The notes under the pieces are model-generated. The model saw only the letters and a list, made by a program, of their open reading frames with translations. It made no database searches and was not told the origin of the DNA. A program made the position numbers and the translations under genes. From contig JANPCA010000606.1 of assembly GCA_031430715.1 (NCBI GenBank), forward strand, positions 1 through 52,451: a stretch of DNA of 52,451 nucleotides. The letters run 5' to 3'. Of this stretch, positions 18,567 through 28,260 are shown in pieces (within the stretch, counting starts at the first letter, position 1; each line of letters opens with the position of its first letter). Source of the DNA: Hyphomicrobiales bacterium (GTDB lineage: Bacteria; Pseudomonadota; Alphaproteobacteria; Rhizobiales; Aestuariivirgaceae).

Positions 18567-18836
18567 CTACTTGATCATGTAGACATAAGCAGTGCTGACG
18601 CCATATTTCTTGGCGAGCTGTGCCGCCGGCACACCCTTGGCCCGCTTGGCCAGAATGTCGGCGCGCATCTTCTCGGCATCGGCCGACGAACGGCGCTTTC
18701 TGCCCGACGCACTGCCGCGCTTGGCGGAGGCGCCCGATGCTGCTTTCGGCGCACCATCTTCGGCACTGTCAAGCAAGGATTGCGCCATGGCGACAATCTT
18801 GTTAAGCTTGCCGATCTGCCGCTTGGTAAGAGACAT
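18567..18836 (-). CDS. Small basic protein with a C-terminal helix-turn-helix
   Basis: 89 aa with a strong RBS (AAGGAG), a Lys/Arg/Ala-rich linker and an HTH-like end GVPAAQLAKKYGVSTAYVY. Confidence 0.75.
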   Translation of the reverse strand: MSLTKRQIGKLNKIVAMAQSLLDSAEDGAPKAASGASAKRGSASGRKRRSSADAEKMRADILAKRAKGVPAAQLAKKYGVSTAYVYMIK

Positions 18837-19200
18837 TTAACATACTCCTTCTTTCGGAACCCTGTTTAGTAGCCCCGGTTCCGCTAATCAACTCATTATT
18901 GCACTTGGATGTTTAGCTTTGCAAGGATTCAACTATGCGGACCCCTGAAATGCTCGGCTGGCCGATGACCATAAGGCGGCGCGGAGCTAGGAATAGATTA
19001 ACGCCACCCTCCGGGGCATGGATGAGTGATGTGGGATTGGAGTGAATTCGGCGGTCCGCCGGCCCGTCGCGCATTGAATGGGGGAAGAGAAAGTGGCATG
19101 AACCTGCCCGAGTTTATCTAAGCCAACCCGCATTTTTGCCCATTGCGAAAAGGCAAATCTTGCCCAAATCCGAGATCTCTATGGAATCTGGAGTTCCGCC

Positions 19201-19989
19201 ATGCGCGATATTCTCGATCTTGACCGCTACCCCCTGGACAGACCGGGCTCGCCCGCATGGCATGAACTGGTGCGGCAATGCCGCGCCGATCTGGAAGCCT
19301 TTGGCATGTTCAATCTCGAGGGCCTGGTGCGGCCTGAGGCCCTGGCCCGCGCCATGGCCGAAATCAGGCCGGTAATGGAAACGCTGTCCTTCGTCCACCG
19401 GCGCTCGCACAACATCTATTTCAGGAAGGACGTGCCGGGCCTCGCGCCGGACCATCCGGCGCTGCGCATGGTCGATACCATCAACCACACGGTCTGCTGC
19501 GATCAGATTCCGCAGAGCGTCCCCGTCTGGATCTACGAATGGCCGCAGTTTGCCGTGTTCCTCGCCGCCGCCATGGAAAAAGCGGCGCTCTTCACCATGC
19601 GCGATCCCCTGGCGCGGGTGAATGTCATGTCCTACCGCGAGGGAGAAGCCCTCAACTGGCACTTCGACCGCTCGGAATTCACCACCACGCTTCTGCTGCA
19701 GGAACCAAGCGGCGGCGGCGATTTCGAATACCGCTCGGGCCTGCGCAGCGACGGCGATCCGAACTATGACGGCGTTGCCAGACTCCTCGAAGGCCATGAC
19801 CCCGAGATAAAGACACTGAAACTCAAGGCCGGAACCCTCAATGTCTTCAAGGGCAAGAACACATTGCACCGCGTTACGCCCTGCAGCGGTCCGGATGAGC
19901 GCTATATCGCGGTCTTCTCCTTCTACGAACGGCCCGGCGTGATGTTCAGCAAGGAAGAGCAAACCGGCTTCTACGGGCGCTCCGTGTGA
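19201..19989 (+). CDS. Fe(II)/2-oxoglutarate-dependent oxygenase (resembles the BesD/HalD-like group, HxD type)
   Basis: Motifs LNWHFD, GGGDFEY, TLHRVT and R.IAVFSF provide the facial triad and the 2OG-binding Arg. GGAG RBS. Confidence 0.75.
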   Translation: MRDILDLDRYPLDRPGSPAWHELVRQCRADLEAFGMFNLEGLVRPEALARAMAEIRPVMETLSFVHRRSHNIYFRKDVPGLAPDHPALRMVDTINHTVCCDQIPQSVPVWIYEWPQFAVFLAAAMEKAALFTMRDPLARVNVMSYREGEALNWHFDRSEFTTTLLLQEPSGGGDFEYRSGLRSDGDPNYDGVARLLEGHDPEIKTLKLKAGTLNVFKGKNTLHRVTPCSGPDERYIAVFSFYERPGVMFSKEEQTGFYGRSV

Positions 19990-20011
19990 ATCGGTCTGCA
20001 AGGCACATGCC

Positions 20012-20030
20012 GCGATTGCCGGTCAATCGC
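20012..20030. terminator. Hairpin between convergent genes (possible terminator)
   Basis: GCGATTG-CCGGT-CAATCGC, a perfect 7-bp stem, with no clear U-tract. Confidence 0.3.
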
Positions 20031-20065
20031 CCTTGCGCAGCAGGGTGCCGATGCGCCCCTTCGAG

Positions 20066-21331
20066 TCAAGACCGCCGCGGATGACCGATGTGGCGAATTG
20101 CAGATAGCTGGCTCAGCAGGTCCTTGCTGACGTGCTCGGGCCTGACGCCAAGTCCCAATATGCGCGCCGGCAGCCGCCGCAGTCCGGGGATCGCCATGAT
20201 GATCCTGAGCGCCAATGGCGGTCTGAGTTCGCCTTTCGCCGCCAGCGTGCGGGCCAGGATGGTGTTCTGCACCATAAGCTGCATGCGCTGGGTCATCCGT
20301 GTCGGCCAGTCCCGCCGCTTCTGCACCGCGGCGAGTGCCAGACTTGCTCCCGGCCGCTTCTCCCGCAACTGCCCGGCCAGGATATTGGCGGCTGCAACCG
20401 CATCCTGCACCGCGAGGTTGACGCCGACGCCGCCCACCGGCGACATGGCATGGGCCGCGTCGCCGATGCACAGGAAACCCGGCAGCCACCAGGACTTGAG
20501 CCGGTTGACCTGCACCGACAGGAGTTTGACGTCATCCCAGGACTGGATCTCCTCGGCGCGCGGGGCCGCGAAGGAGATGAGTGGCTTCAGACTGTCGCGG
20601 AACGCCGCAAGGCCCGCCGCGCGGATCGCCTCATTGCGGCCCTTGCCGATGACGAAAGCGCATTGCCAGTAATCGCCGCGATTAAGGGCGATGAACACCC
20701 GGCCCGTATCGAAGCGGGCTTGCACCTGGCCGCTGTCCTCGGCCTGCCGCGACAGCCGGAACCACAACACGTCGATCGGCGCACCTTTGTCTTCGAGTTC
20801 GAGCCCCGCCGCCTCGCGCAAAACCGATCCGCGGCCGTCCGCCGCGACCACCAGCTCCGCATGGATTTCAAATTCGCCATCGGAACCGCGCGCGTTGACA
20901 CCGCTGATCTTGCCATTCGAGCGGATGAGACTGGTTGCCTCGGTGCGCATGAGCAGGCGGAAGTTCGGGTAAGCCCTGGCGCGCTCGGCGAGAAAGTTCA
21001 AGAATTCCCACTGCGGCATCATGGCGATGAAGGGTGCCGGAACCTTCAGCCGCGAAAAGTCGGCGAGATGGATGATCTCCCGGCCGAACCGCGCCGTCAA
21101 ACTGGGCACCGCCTGATGCGGCAATTTCAGAAACGCGTCGAGCAATCCCAGCTCCGACATGGTCTGCATGGTCGAGGGGTGAATAGTGTCGCCGCGAAAG
21201 TCGCGCAGGAAATCCTTGTGCTTTTCGAGCACGGTCACGTCCACGCCGGCCTTGGCAAGGAGCAGGCCCAGCATCAGGCCGGCGGGGCCGCCGCCCGAGA
21301 TCAGGGCCGTGGTGGCGATCGTCTTGCTCAT
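20066..21331 (-). CDS. FAD-dependent monooxygenase/oxidoreductase (UbiH-like family)
   Basis: Motifs GGGPAG, RDFRGDT, AADGRGS and GDAAHAMSPVGGVGVNLA.QDA. ATG at 21331 follows GGAG. Confidence 0.9.
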   Translation of the reverse strand: MSKTIATTALISGGGPAGLMLGLLLAKAGVDVTVLEKHKDFLRDFRGDTIHPSTMQTMSELGLLDAFLKLPHQAVPSLTARFGREIIHLADFSRLKVPAPFIAMMPQWEFLNFLAERARAYPNFRLLMRTEATSLIRSNGKISGVNARGSDGEFEIHAELVVAADGRGSVLREAAGLELEDKGAPIDVLWFRLSRQAEDSGQVQARFDTGRVFIALNRGDYWQCAFVIGKGRNEAIRAAGLAAFRDSLKPLISFAAPRAEEIQSWDDVKLLSVQVNRLKSWWLPGFLCIGDAAHAMSPVGGVGVNLAVQDAVAAANILAGQLREKRPGASLALAAVQKRRDWPTRMTQRMQLMVQNTILARTLAAKGELRPPLALRIIMAIPGLRRLPARILGLGVRPEHVSKDLLSQLSAIRHIGHPRRS

Positions 21332-21516
21332 CTTTGCATCTCCATTGACCGGTGCCGGTGAGAATGGTTTTTTGATTTCGAATATGCGGGCGGGAAGGCA
21401 AGGCGTACCGATGGGCTTCCGATGAAGTTCTGATTTCCGCCGGACGATGCCCGCCCCTATTGCGCCGCCATGAGCTGCGGAACGCCGTCGGCGGTCCGGC
21501 CAGCCGCGGTGGGCGG

Positions 21517-22533
21517 TCACGGCTCGTGGCTGACCGGCTCCGCCACCTGCATCAGGCAGTCGCCGGCCTCGCACATTGTGTGCAGCCGCCGCGCGATGAC
21601 GATGCCAGTTTCCGCGAAAAGAAGTGGCTCCTCGGTCTCCTCCAGCCTTTCGAGATCATGATACCACCCGGCCGTCTGTCCCTGAGCCACGTGATCGCCG
21701 AGGCTAACCGCCGGTTCGAACCATCCCCGCCGCGTGGCATAAAGGCCCTGGCTGTGGCGGGAGAGCGACAGGAGCTGGGTCGGTAACGGGTCTGACATTG
21801 AGCCCGAGAGCACGGGCCCGGCAATAACGCCGAGGGCCATGAGCAGCCGGTCGATGCAGCGCGCCGCCGCCGCCATGCTGCCGGGGGTTGCCGTACCACC
21901 ACCGCCGAACTCGCCGCTCACCCCGATCGCTCCGGCCCGCCGCGCCGCCCCCATGGAGGTCGGCGCATGTTCGCCATTGCCGGCGATGAAGGCATGCGGC
22001 ACGCCGAGCGCCATCATGAGGCCGATGGCCTGCCGGTGGCGGGCTTCATCGGCATTGTGCTCGATGAGGGCCGTCAGCAGATGCTCCATGGAGGTACCGC
22101 CCGAATGGATGTCGAAGATCACCTCGTGACGCGGGAAAAGTTCCGTCTCGAGAAAATAGGCGAGCCGGCTGGTGGGCGTGCCAGAAGGATCGCCCGGGAA
22201 GGCGCGGTTGAGATTGCCGCCATCGAGCGGTGAGCAGCGTTTCGCGGCCATCACAGCCGGCGTGTTGGTCATCGGCAGGATGGTGACGAGGCCCTTGACG
22301 CGCGCCGGATCGAGCCGCCGGATGAGCTTCGCTAGCGACAGTTCACCCTCATATTCGTCGCCGTGATTGCCGGCCATCAGCAGCACCGAAGGTCCCGCCC
22401 CGTTGCGGATCACGCAGACCGGCACCTTCACTTGATAGTAGGGCGAACGGTCGGCGGACAGCGGAATGCTCAAGTGGCCAAGCGTCTTGCCGCCGCGGCT
22501 GAAATCGAGCGTATGGATGAGACCTGTATGCAT
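21517..22533 (-). CDS. Succinylglutamate desuccinylase/aspartoacylase-family deacylase (DoeB-like)
   Basis: Motifs GNHGDEYEG, NLNRAFPG, DIHSGG and EFGGG. Confidence 0.88.
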   Translation of the reverse strand: MHTGLIHTLDFSRGGKTLGHLSIPLSADRSPYYQVKVPVCVIRNGAGPSVLLMAGNHGDEYEGELSLAKLIRRLDPARVKGLVTILPMTNTPAVMAAKRCSPLDGGNLNRAFPGDPSGTPTSRLAYFLETELFPRHEVIFDIHSGGTSMEHLLTALIEHNADEARHRQAIGLMMALGVPHAFIAGNGEHAPTSMGAARRAGAIGVSGEFGGGGTATPGSMAAAARCIDRLLMALGVIAGPVLSGSMSDPLPTQLLSLSRHSQGLYATRRGWFEPAVSLGDHVAQGQTAGWYHDLERLEETEEPLLFAETGIVIARRLHTMCEAGDCLMQVAEPVSHEP

Positions 22534-22616
22534 GGCGGGCTCACATGGTTGCGGGTTAGGGTCCGGTGACAAGAACACGGATGCGTCCGGCGTCACCGGA
22601 TGGTAAGTTATTGCCC

Positions 22617-23525
22617 ATGCCAAGTCTCTATTCGGGTCCGGTCATCGATGCCCATCACCACCTCTGGGATCTGGGTCTCGGCCGCCATCCCTGGCTGACC
22701 CCGGCGGCCTCGGGCCGCGGCGGGTTGGGCGAACTCGAACCGATCAGGCGCAACTATCTGGCCGAGGACTATCGGCGCGATGCCCGTAACCACAATGTCG
22801 TGGCGACGGTGCATATTGAGGCGAGCTGGCTCGCAGACGACTGCCTGGGCGAGACCCGATGGCTGGAGACCATCGACAAGCCAAGCGGCGTGGCGGCGCG
22901 CTATGTGGCGCATGTGCCGCTCGCCAGCCCAAGGGCAGCGGCCCTGCTTGACGAGCAAGCGGCTTGCGAACGCGTCGTCGGTATCCGCGATATCCTGAGC
23001 TGGGATCCTGACCCGGCCCGCCGTTTTGCGGCCCGTGAGGGTATCATGGATGAGCCGGACTGGCGGGCGGGCCTGGCACTGCTCAAGCGCCATGCGCTGT
23101 CCTTCGATCTCATGGTCTTCGCCCGGCAGCTTCCCGATGCGGCCCGCCTGGCGGCGGACTTCCCCGATCAGCAATTCATCCTCAATCATTGCGGCAGTCC
23201 CATCGACCGCGATCAAGCGGGCATGGCAGCCTGGCGCTACGGCCTGAAGCTTCTGGCGCGCCAGCCCAATGCCGCCATCAAGATTTCCGATCTGGTGGCC
23301 TACGATCATCATTGGACACTCGAAAGTCTCAGGCCCGTTGTCATGCATTGCATCGATTGCTTCGGCCCGGAGCGGGCGATGTTCGCCAGCGACTTTCCGG
23401 TGGCGGGCCTCCATGCCAATTTCGATGAGGTGTACGGGAGCTTCAAGACCATCGTCCAGGACTTGAGTGCCGATGAACAGCACGCCCTGTTCTTCGCCAC
23501 GGCGCAACGCATCTATCGGCTGTAG
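22617..23525 (+). CDS. Amidohydrolase_2 (COG3618, lactonase-like) protein
   Basis: Motifs IDAHHHLWD, LSFDL, ILNHCGSP, IKIS and FGPERAMFASDFPV. Confidence 0.88.
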   Translation: MPSLYSGPVIDAHHHLWDLGLGRHPWLTPAASGRGGLGELEPIRRNYLAEDYRRDARNHNVVATVHIEASWLADDCLGETRWLETIDKPSGVAARYVAHVPLASPRAAALLDEQAACERVVGIRDILSWDPDPARRFAAREGIMDEPDWRAGLALLKRHALSFDLMVFARQLPDAARLAADFPDQQFILNHCGSPIDRDQAGMAAWRYGLKLLARQPNAAIKISDLVAYDHHWTLESLRPVVMHCIDCFGPERAMFASDFPVAGLHANFDEVYGSFKTIVQDLSADEQHALFFATAQRIYRL

Positions 23526-23531
23526 CGCCGT

Positions 23532-24506
23532 TCATCGCCGTGCCTGCTCGCGGCCCGAGAGCAGCAGCAGCCCGAGCACCAGCGACCCGAACAGGATGCT
23601 GCGCCACCCGGCCGAGGCATTGACGACGGTGATGAGCGCGGTGATCGTCACCAGCAGCAGTGCTCCAGGCATGGTCCCGGCATAGGTGCCGAGACCGCCG
23701 AGGATCGAGGTTCCGCCCAGCACCACCGCGGCGATCGAGGCCAGCAGATAGGGATCGCCGATGCCCACATAGCCCTGCCCGTTCATGCCGAGCAGCAGCA
23801 CACCCGCAAGCCCCGCCGTGCCGCCGCTGATGGCATAGACCACCGTCGTGGTGGCTGGCACTGGAACGCCCGACAGGGCAGCGGCCAGCGGATTGGCCCC
23901 CATGGCGAAGATGCGGGCTCCGAGCGGTGTAGCGTGCATGACCAGGAGAACGAGACCCGACACCGCCAGCCACAAATAGACCCCGGCCGGAATACCGCCC
24001 GGCCTGGCGTTGCCGAGCCAGGCCACCAGCGGGTTCTGCGAGGATACGGCACTGCCGCCGGCGATGATGATGAGCAGGCCTTGCAGGAAGGTCGCCATGG
24101 CCAGCGTCATGATCATCGGATGCACCCGCAAATAGGCGACACCCAAGCCGTTGCCAAGGCCGATCGAGGTTGTCATGACAAGCGTCGCGAGGATGGCCGA
24201 AATCCCGGTGGGATCGGCATCGACGGACAGGAGCGGCAGGCTGACGGCACTCACCGTCACGATGGCCGCCACCGAGAGATCGATGCCGCCGGCAATCACC
24301 ACGAATGTCTGGCCCGCCGCGACGAGTCCGATCACGGCCGCCAATTCAACCAGATAACGCAGATGTCCGAAGGCGCCGAAACCAGGCTTGAGGAAACTCG
24401 CCGCACCCCACACCAACAGCACTGCCGCAAAGGTGAGAAACGGCCGGCTGCGCAGGATAGCCTGGACGCGGCGCTTGAAGGATGGAGCGGATGTGTCCGG
24501 ACTCAC
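23532..24506 (-). CDS. Sugar-type (RbsC-like) ABC permease
   Basis: Motifs GGIDLSV, FAMGANP.AA.LSG and IAAVVLGGTS..GG.G. Confidence 0.9.
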   Translation of the reverse strand: MSPDTSAPSFKRRVQAILRSRPFLTFAAVLLVWGAASFLKPGFGAFGHLRYLVELAAVIGLVAAGQTFVVIAGGIDLSVAAIVTVSAVSLPLLSVDADPTGISAILATLVMTTSIGLGNGLGVAYLRVHPMIMTLAMATFLQGLLIIIAGGSAVSSQNPLVAWLGNARPGGIPAGVYLWLAVSGLVLLVMHATPLGARIFAMGANPLAAALSGVPVPATTTVVYAISGGTAGLAGVLLLGMNGQGYVGIGDPYLLASIAAVVLGGTSILGGLGTYAGTMPGALLLVTITALITVVNASAGWRSILFGSLVLGLLLLSGREQARR

Positions 24507-25447
24507 CGCTTCCTCCGGAACTGCGGAAGTGCCACGGCGCCGATGATGATCAGGCCTTGCGCCACATATTGCGACACCGGCGTGAAGCCTAAGAAGAACA
24601 TCACGCTGATCATCAGGCTGAGCAGCAGGCTGCCGGCCAATGCGCCGCGCATCGATCCCTGCCCGCCAAGGAAGCCGATGCCGCCGAGCACGGCTGCGGC
24701 GATCGAGTTGAGCGTGAAAGCCGTGCCGATGACCGGATCGCCCGAACCCGTCTGGGCGGCGACGAACAGGCCAGCACCCGTCGAGAGCAGCCCGCTGATC
24801 GCATAGGCGGCGATCAGCACCGCGTCGACCGGTACGCCGGAGCGGTAGGCGCCGACCGGGTTTTCACCCGCCGCGTAGATACCAAGGCCGAGCGGCGTGG
24901 CGAGATAGAGCTTCCACAAAAGGATGATGAAGACCAGGATCACGAAGGCGGCCGGGGTATTGCCCGCCAGCAGGTTGGAGAGCCATTCCGGAACCGCACC
25001 CCCGGGCCTCGGCAGAATCAGCAGCGCCGCCCCACCCACGATGAAGGAACCGGCCAGCGTCACGACGATGGCCGGCAGGCGGAGCTTCACCACGATGAGA
25101 CCCGTCGCGGCGCCGATGCCGAGGCCGGCGAGGGCCACCGCCGCGGTTCCTCCCATAACACCGAGGGGTCCCGCCATCACCGTGGCGGCAATCACCGCGC
25201 CAAGACTGACCAAGGCGCCGATGGCCAGGCTGATGCCGCCGGTCAGCATGAGGATGGCCTGGGCCATGGCCACCAGCGCCAATGGAAACCAGCTCTGGGT
25301 GAATTTCGAGAAACCCGGAAGCGTCAGGAAGCCGGGAAACAGAAAACCGTATGCGGCGAGGAACGCCAGAACGACGATGAACAGGCCATGGAGGTTGGCG
25401 TTCCGGCGCCTCTGGACCGGCCAGTAGAGCGGTGGTGGCGCGATCAT
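24503..25447 (-). CDS. Sugar-type (RbsC-like) ABC permease
   Basis: Motifs LTGGISLAIG, YAAGENP..AYRSG and IAAAVLGG...GGQGS. Confidence 0.9.
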   Translation of the reverse strand: MIAPPPLYWPVQRRRNANLHGLFIVVLAFLAAYGFLFPGFLTLPGFSKFTQSWFPLALVAMAQAILMLTGGISLAIGALVSLGAVIAATVMAGPLGVMGGTAAVALAGLGIGAATGLIVVKLRLPAIVVTLAGSFIVGGAALLILPRPGGAVPEWLSNLLAGNTPAAFVILVFIILLWKLYLATPLGLGIYAAGENPVGAYRSGVPVDAVLIAAYAISGLLSTGAGLFVAAQTGSGDPVIGTAFTLNSIAAAVLGGIGFLGGQGSMRGALAGSLLLSLMISVMFFLGFTPVSQYVAQGLIIIGAVALPQFRRKR

Positions 25448-26949
25448 GCCGCCTCCGGCCTATCGGCACCGATGGCGGCGGCGACGATGGCCTGCTCGCT
25501 CAGGTTCCCGCGCTCCAGCAGAACCGCGATGCGGCCCTCGCGCACCACCGCGACGCGGTCGCACAGATGCACCAGTTCCGGCGTGTCGGAACTCAGCAAC
25601 ACCACGGCCTTGCCATCGCCGGCGAATTGCCGGAGCATGATGTAGATATCGCGCTTGGTCTCGACATCTACCCCTCGCGTCGGATCGTTGAGCAGCAGCA
25701 CCTTGGGATGGTGCGGCATCCATTTGGCGAGCGCCACCTTCTGCTGGTTGCCGCCCGATAGCGCCTGGGCCGGGCGGCCGAGATCGCCCCTGATGGCGAA
25801 TTGGCTCGCCAGCCCCGCCGCCGTCCGGCCCTCGCCGCGCCGGTCGCGCCGCTTGAGGGCGGGCAGGCGCGCCAAGGCAGGCAGCATGAGATTGGTGATG
25901 ATCGGATGGATGATGTGCAGCCCTTCACGTTTGCGGTCGGCCGGCACATAGGCGATGCCCATGGCATTGGCCCTGGAGACGCTGCCGGGAAGTCCGGCCA
26001 CGCCATTGATCTCGGCGGCCGATGTTTTGGCCGCGACGGCGCCATAGAGCCCGAGCAGCAGGTCTTCCTGGCCCTGGCCCGCCAACCCGCCGATGCCGAG
26101 CACTTCGCCTGTCCTGATCTCCAGATCGATATCGCGCATGAGACCGCATGAAAAACCCTTGACGGAAATGGCGGCCGCGGTTTTGGCCGTTGGTGTCCAG
26201 CGCGGAAAAAGGTCGCCGGGGTCGCGCCCGACCATCAGCCGCACCAGTCCAGCCGCATTGGTTCCCGCCAGCGGCCGGTCGGCGGTGCGGACGCCGTCCT
26301 TCAGCACGGTCACGTGCTGGCACAGCGCCATCACCTCGTTCAGCCGGTGCGAGATGTAGAGAATGGCCACACCTTCGCGCCGCAGCCGCTCCAGCAGCGC
26401 GGTCAATATCTTCGCCTCCGATGCCGACAGCGACGACGTCGGCTCGTCGAGGATGAGGACACGCGGCTTGCGGTACAGCGCCTTGGCAATCTCGACCATC
26501 TGCCGCCGGCCGAGCGGCAGCGCCCCGACCGGAGCCGACAGGGGTTCATGCAAGCCCGCGAGATCGGATGCTGCCTTGGCCCGGGCCGCGAGTGCGCCAT
26601 AATCGATCAGGCCGAAGCGGCGCGGATAGGAGCCGAGCCCGATGTTCTCGGCAATCGACAGGCTGCCGGTGAGACTCAATTCCTGTTGGACGACCGCGAT
26701 GCCCGCCTGCTGCGCTTCGCCGGGCGTCAGGTGCTTCACCGGGGTTCCGTCGATCTCGATCGTGCCACTGTCGGCTGGCAGCGCCCCGGACAGGAGGTTG
26801 ATCAAGGTCGATTTTCCGGCCCCGTTCTCGCCCAGCAGCGCGTGAATCCGTCCCGGCCGCAATTCAATCGAGACATCGCGCAACACGGGGTTGCCGAAGA
26901 ACGACTTCGACACCCCGCGCGCCGCCAGAAAGGGAACGTCCGTTGTCAC
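25444..26949 (-). CDS. Sugar ABC transporter ATPase (RbsA-like, two domains)
   Basis: Motifs GENGAGKSTL, LDEPTSSL, YISHRL and LSGGNQQKV. Confidence 0.93.
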   Translation of the reverse strand: MTTDVPFLAARGVSKSFFGNPVLRDVSIELRPGRIHALLGENGAGKSTLINLLSGALPADSGTIEIDGTPVKHLTPGEAQQAGIAVVQQELSLTGSLSIAENIGLGSYPRRFGLIDYGALAARAKAASDLAGLHEPLSAPVGALPLGRRQMVEIAKALYRKPRVLILDEPTSSLSASEAKILTALLERLRREGVAILYISHRLNEVMALCQHVTVLKDGVRTADRPLAGTNAAGLVRLMVGRDPGDLFPRWTPTAKTAAAISVKGFSCGLMRDIDLEIRTGEVLGIGGLAGQGQEDLLLGLYGAVAAKTSAAEINGVAGLPGSVSRANAMGIAYVPADRKREGLHIIHPIITNLMLPALARLPALKRRDRRGEGRTAAGLASQFAIRGDLGRPAQALSGGNQQKVALAKWMPHHPKVLLLNDPTRGVDVETKRDIYIMLRQFAGDGKAVVLLSSDTPELVHLCDRVAVVREGRIAVLLERGNLSEQAIVAAAIGADRPEAA

Positions 26950-26967
26950 GTCTTCAGTTGGACTGGC

Positions 26968-28017
26968 CTATTGTTCGGCCAGCATCTTGTCGAACAGCGC
27001 GTGATCGAAGGGCGAGTAGATATAGCCGTCGGCCGGGAAATCGCCCGCCTTGGCGAGATACTGGTCGATATTGGAATTGTCGATGATCGGCAGCGGCACC
27101 TTGATGAAGGCCGGAACGTCCTTGCCCTCGAGCGCCTGCACCGCGACATAGGTGGCGAAAGCGCCGAGCCAGTTCGGCTGCATGGTGGCCCACGACGTCA
27201 GGCCCTTCTCCTTCCACAGTTCGAGGAACTGGCGGGCATTCTCGCCGGTGATCGGCACCATCGGGCGGCCCTGCTTGTCGAGCGCCAGGATGGCGCCTGC
27301 CGACAACGCACCGCCGAGCGACAGGATGCCGTCGATCTCAGGGTTGGCGAAGAGCAGGCTGGTGACGGCCTCCTGGGCGGGGGCGACATTATAGGCGGTG
27401 TTGGTCTCGGCCAGAACCTTGACATCCGGATTGGCGGCGAGTGCGGCATCGGCACCCTTGCGGCGGTCATCGCTCACCGAGATGCCGGCCGGGCCGTTGA
27501 GGATCAGGATCTTGCCCTTGCCGCCGATGGCGTTGATGAGGAACTTGGCGGCCTGGTCGCCCCATTGATTGGAATCGGTATTGACCTTCGCAGTAACGTC
27601 GGCGCTGTCGACGAGGCTGTCGAAATTGATGATGGCGATGCCCTTGGCGCAGGCATCGGCGACGACGCGGGCCGGTGCCGTGGACGACCCGGCGATCAGG
27701 ATGATGGCGTCGACATCGGAATCGATCATCGACTGAATCTGCTGGATCTGCACATTGGCATCGCCCTGCGCGTCGGTGACCACCAGTTTGTCGACGAGGC
27801 CCTGCTTCTTCAGCTCCTCAACCTCGGCCTCGATGGTGCCTTGCGTCTGCTTCATCCAGGTCGGCACGGAATAGATATTGGCCCAGCCGATCGTATAGGG
27901 CGCCTTGCGGTCGCCCTTCATGCATTTGGCGGCGGCACTTGCCTCGGTGGCGGCGCCGAAGCTGAGAACAAGGCCAAGGCAGACCGCGCTGGTGGCTGCG
28001 AGGAACAAGGATTTCAT
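26968..28017 (-). CDS. Sugar-type ABC periplasmic binding protein
   Basis: Signal peptide from ATG 28017 (GAGGG RBS); motifs DAQGDANVQIQQIQ and GPAGISVSDDR. Confidence 0.88.
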   Translation of the reverse strand: MKSLFLAATSAVCLGLVLSFGAATEASAAAKCMKGDRKAPYTIGWANIYSVPTWMKQTQGTIEAEVEELKKQGLVDKLVVTDAQGDANVQIQQIQSMIDSDVDAIILIAGSSTAPARVVADACAKGIAIINFDSLVDSADVTAKVNTDSNQWGDQAAKFLINAIGGKGKILILNGPAGISVSDDRRKGADAALAANPDVKVLAETNTAYNVAPAQEAVTSLLFANPEIDGILSLGGALSAGAILALDKQGRPMVPITGENARQFLELWKEKGLTSWATMQPNWLGAFATYVAVQALEGKDVPAFIKVPLPIIDNSNIDQYLAKAGDFPADGYIYSPFDHALFDKMLAEQ

Positions 28018-28260
28018 GGTGGCGTTTCCCTCTTTGAAGTTGCACTTCGACGCTCGGGATCGAGACAAAAAAGCGCTCCATCTCCCGCCAGGCGGGATAG
28101 GCTTGTTTCGTCTGAGACGGCTGGCGCCGACGTTCATAATTAGTCCGGTATTTCAGACAAGATGCTTGTATATCGGACAAGGGGGATGCTATCCGTGATC
28201 CCGGAAGTTTTCAAGCCTCTCGAACGCCCTGACACTGCAATTCTGACGGAACCCATATGC

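Noticed and set aside
18931-19200. Long intergenic stretch as a possible sRNA or riboswitch
   Set aside because: No recognisable RNA-family motif or terminator was seen. An Infernal/Rfam search and RNA-seq would be needed.
19201-19989. Calling the oxygenase a halogenase
   Set aside because: It retains Asp in HxD, whereas halogenases have Gly or Ala at that position.
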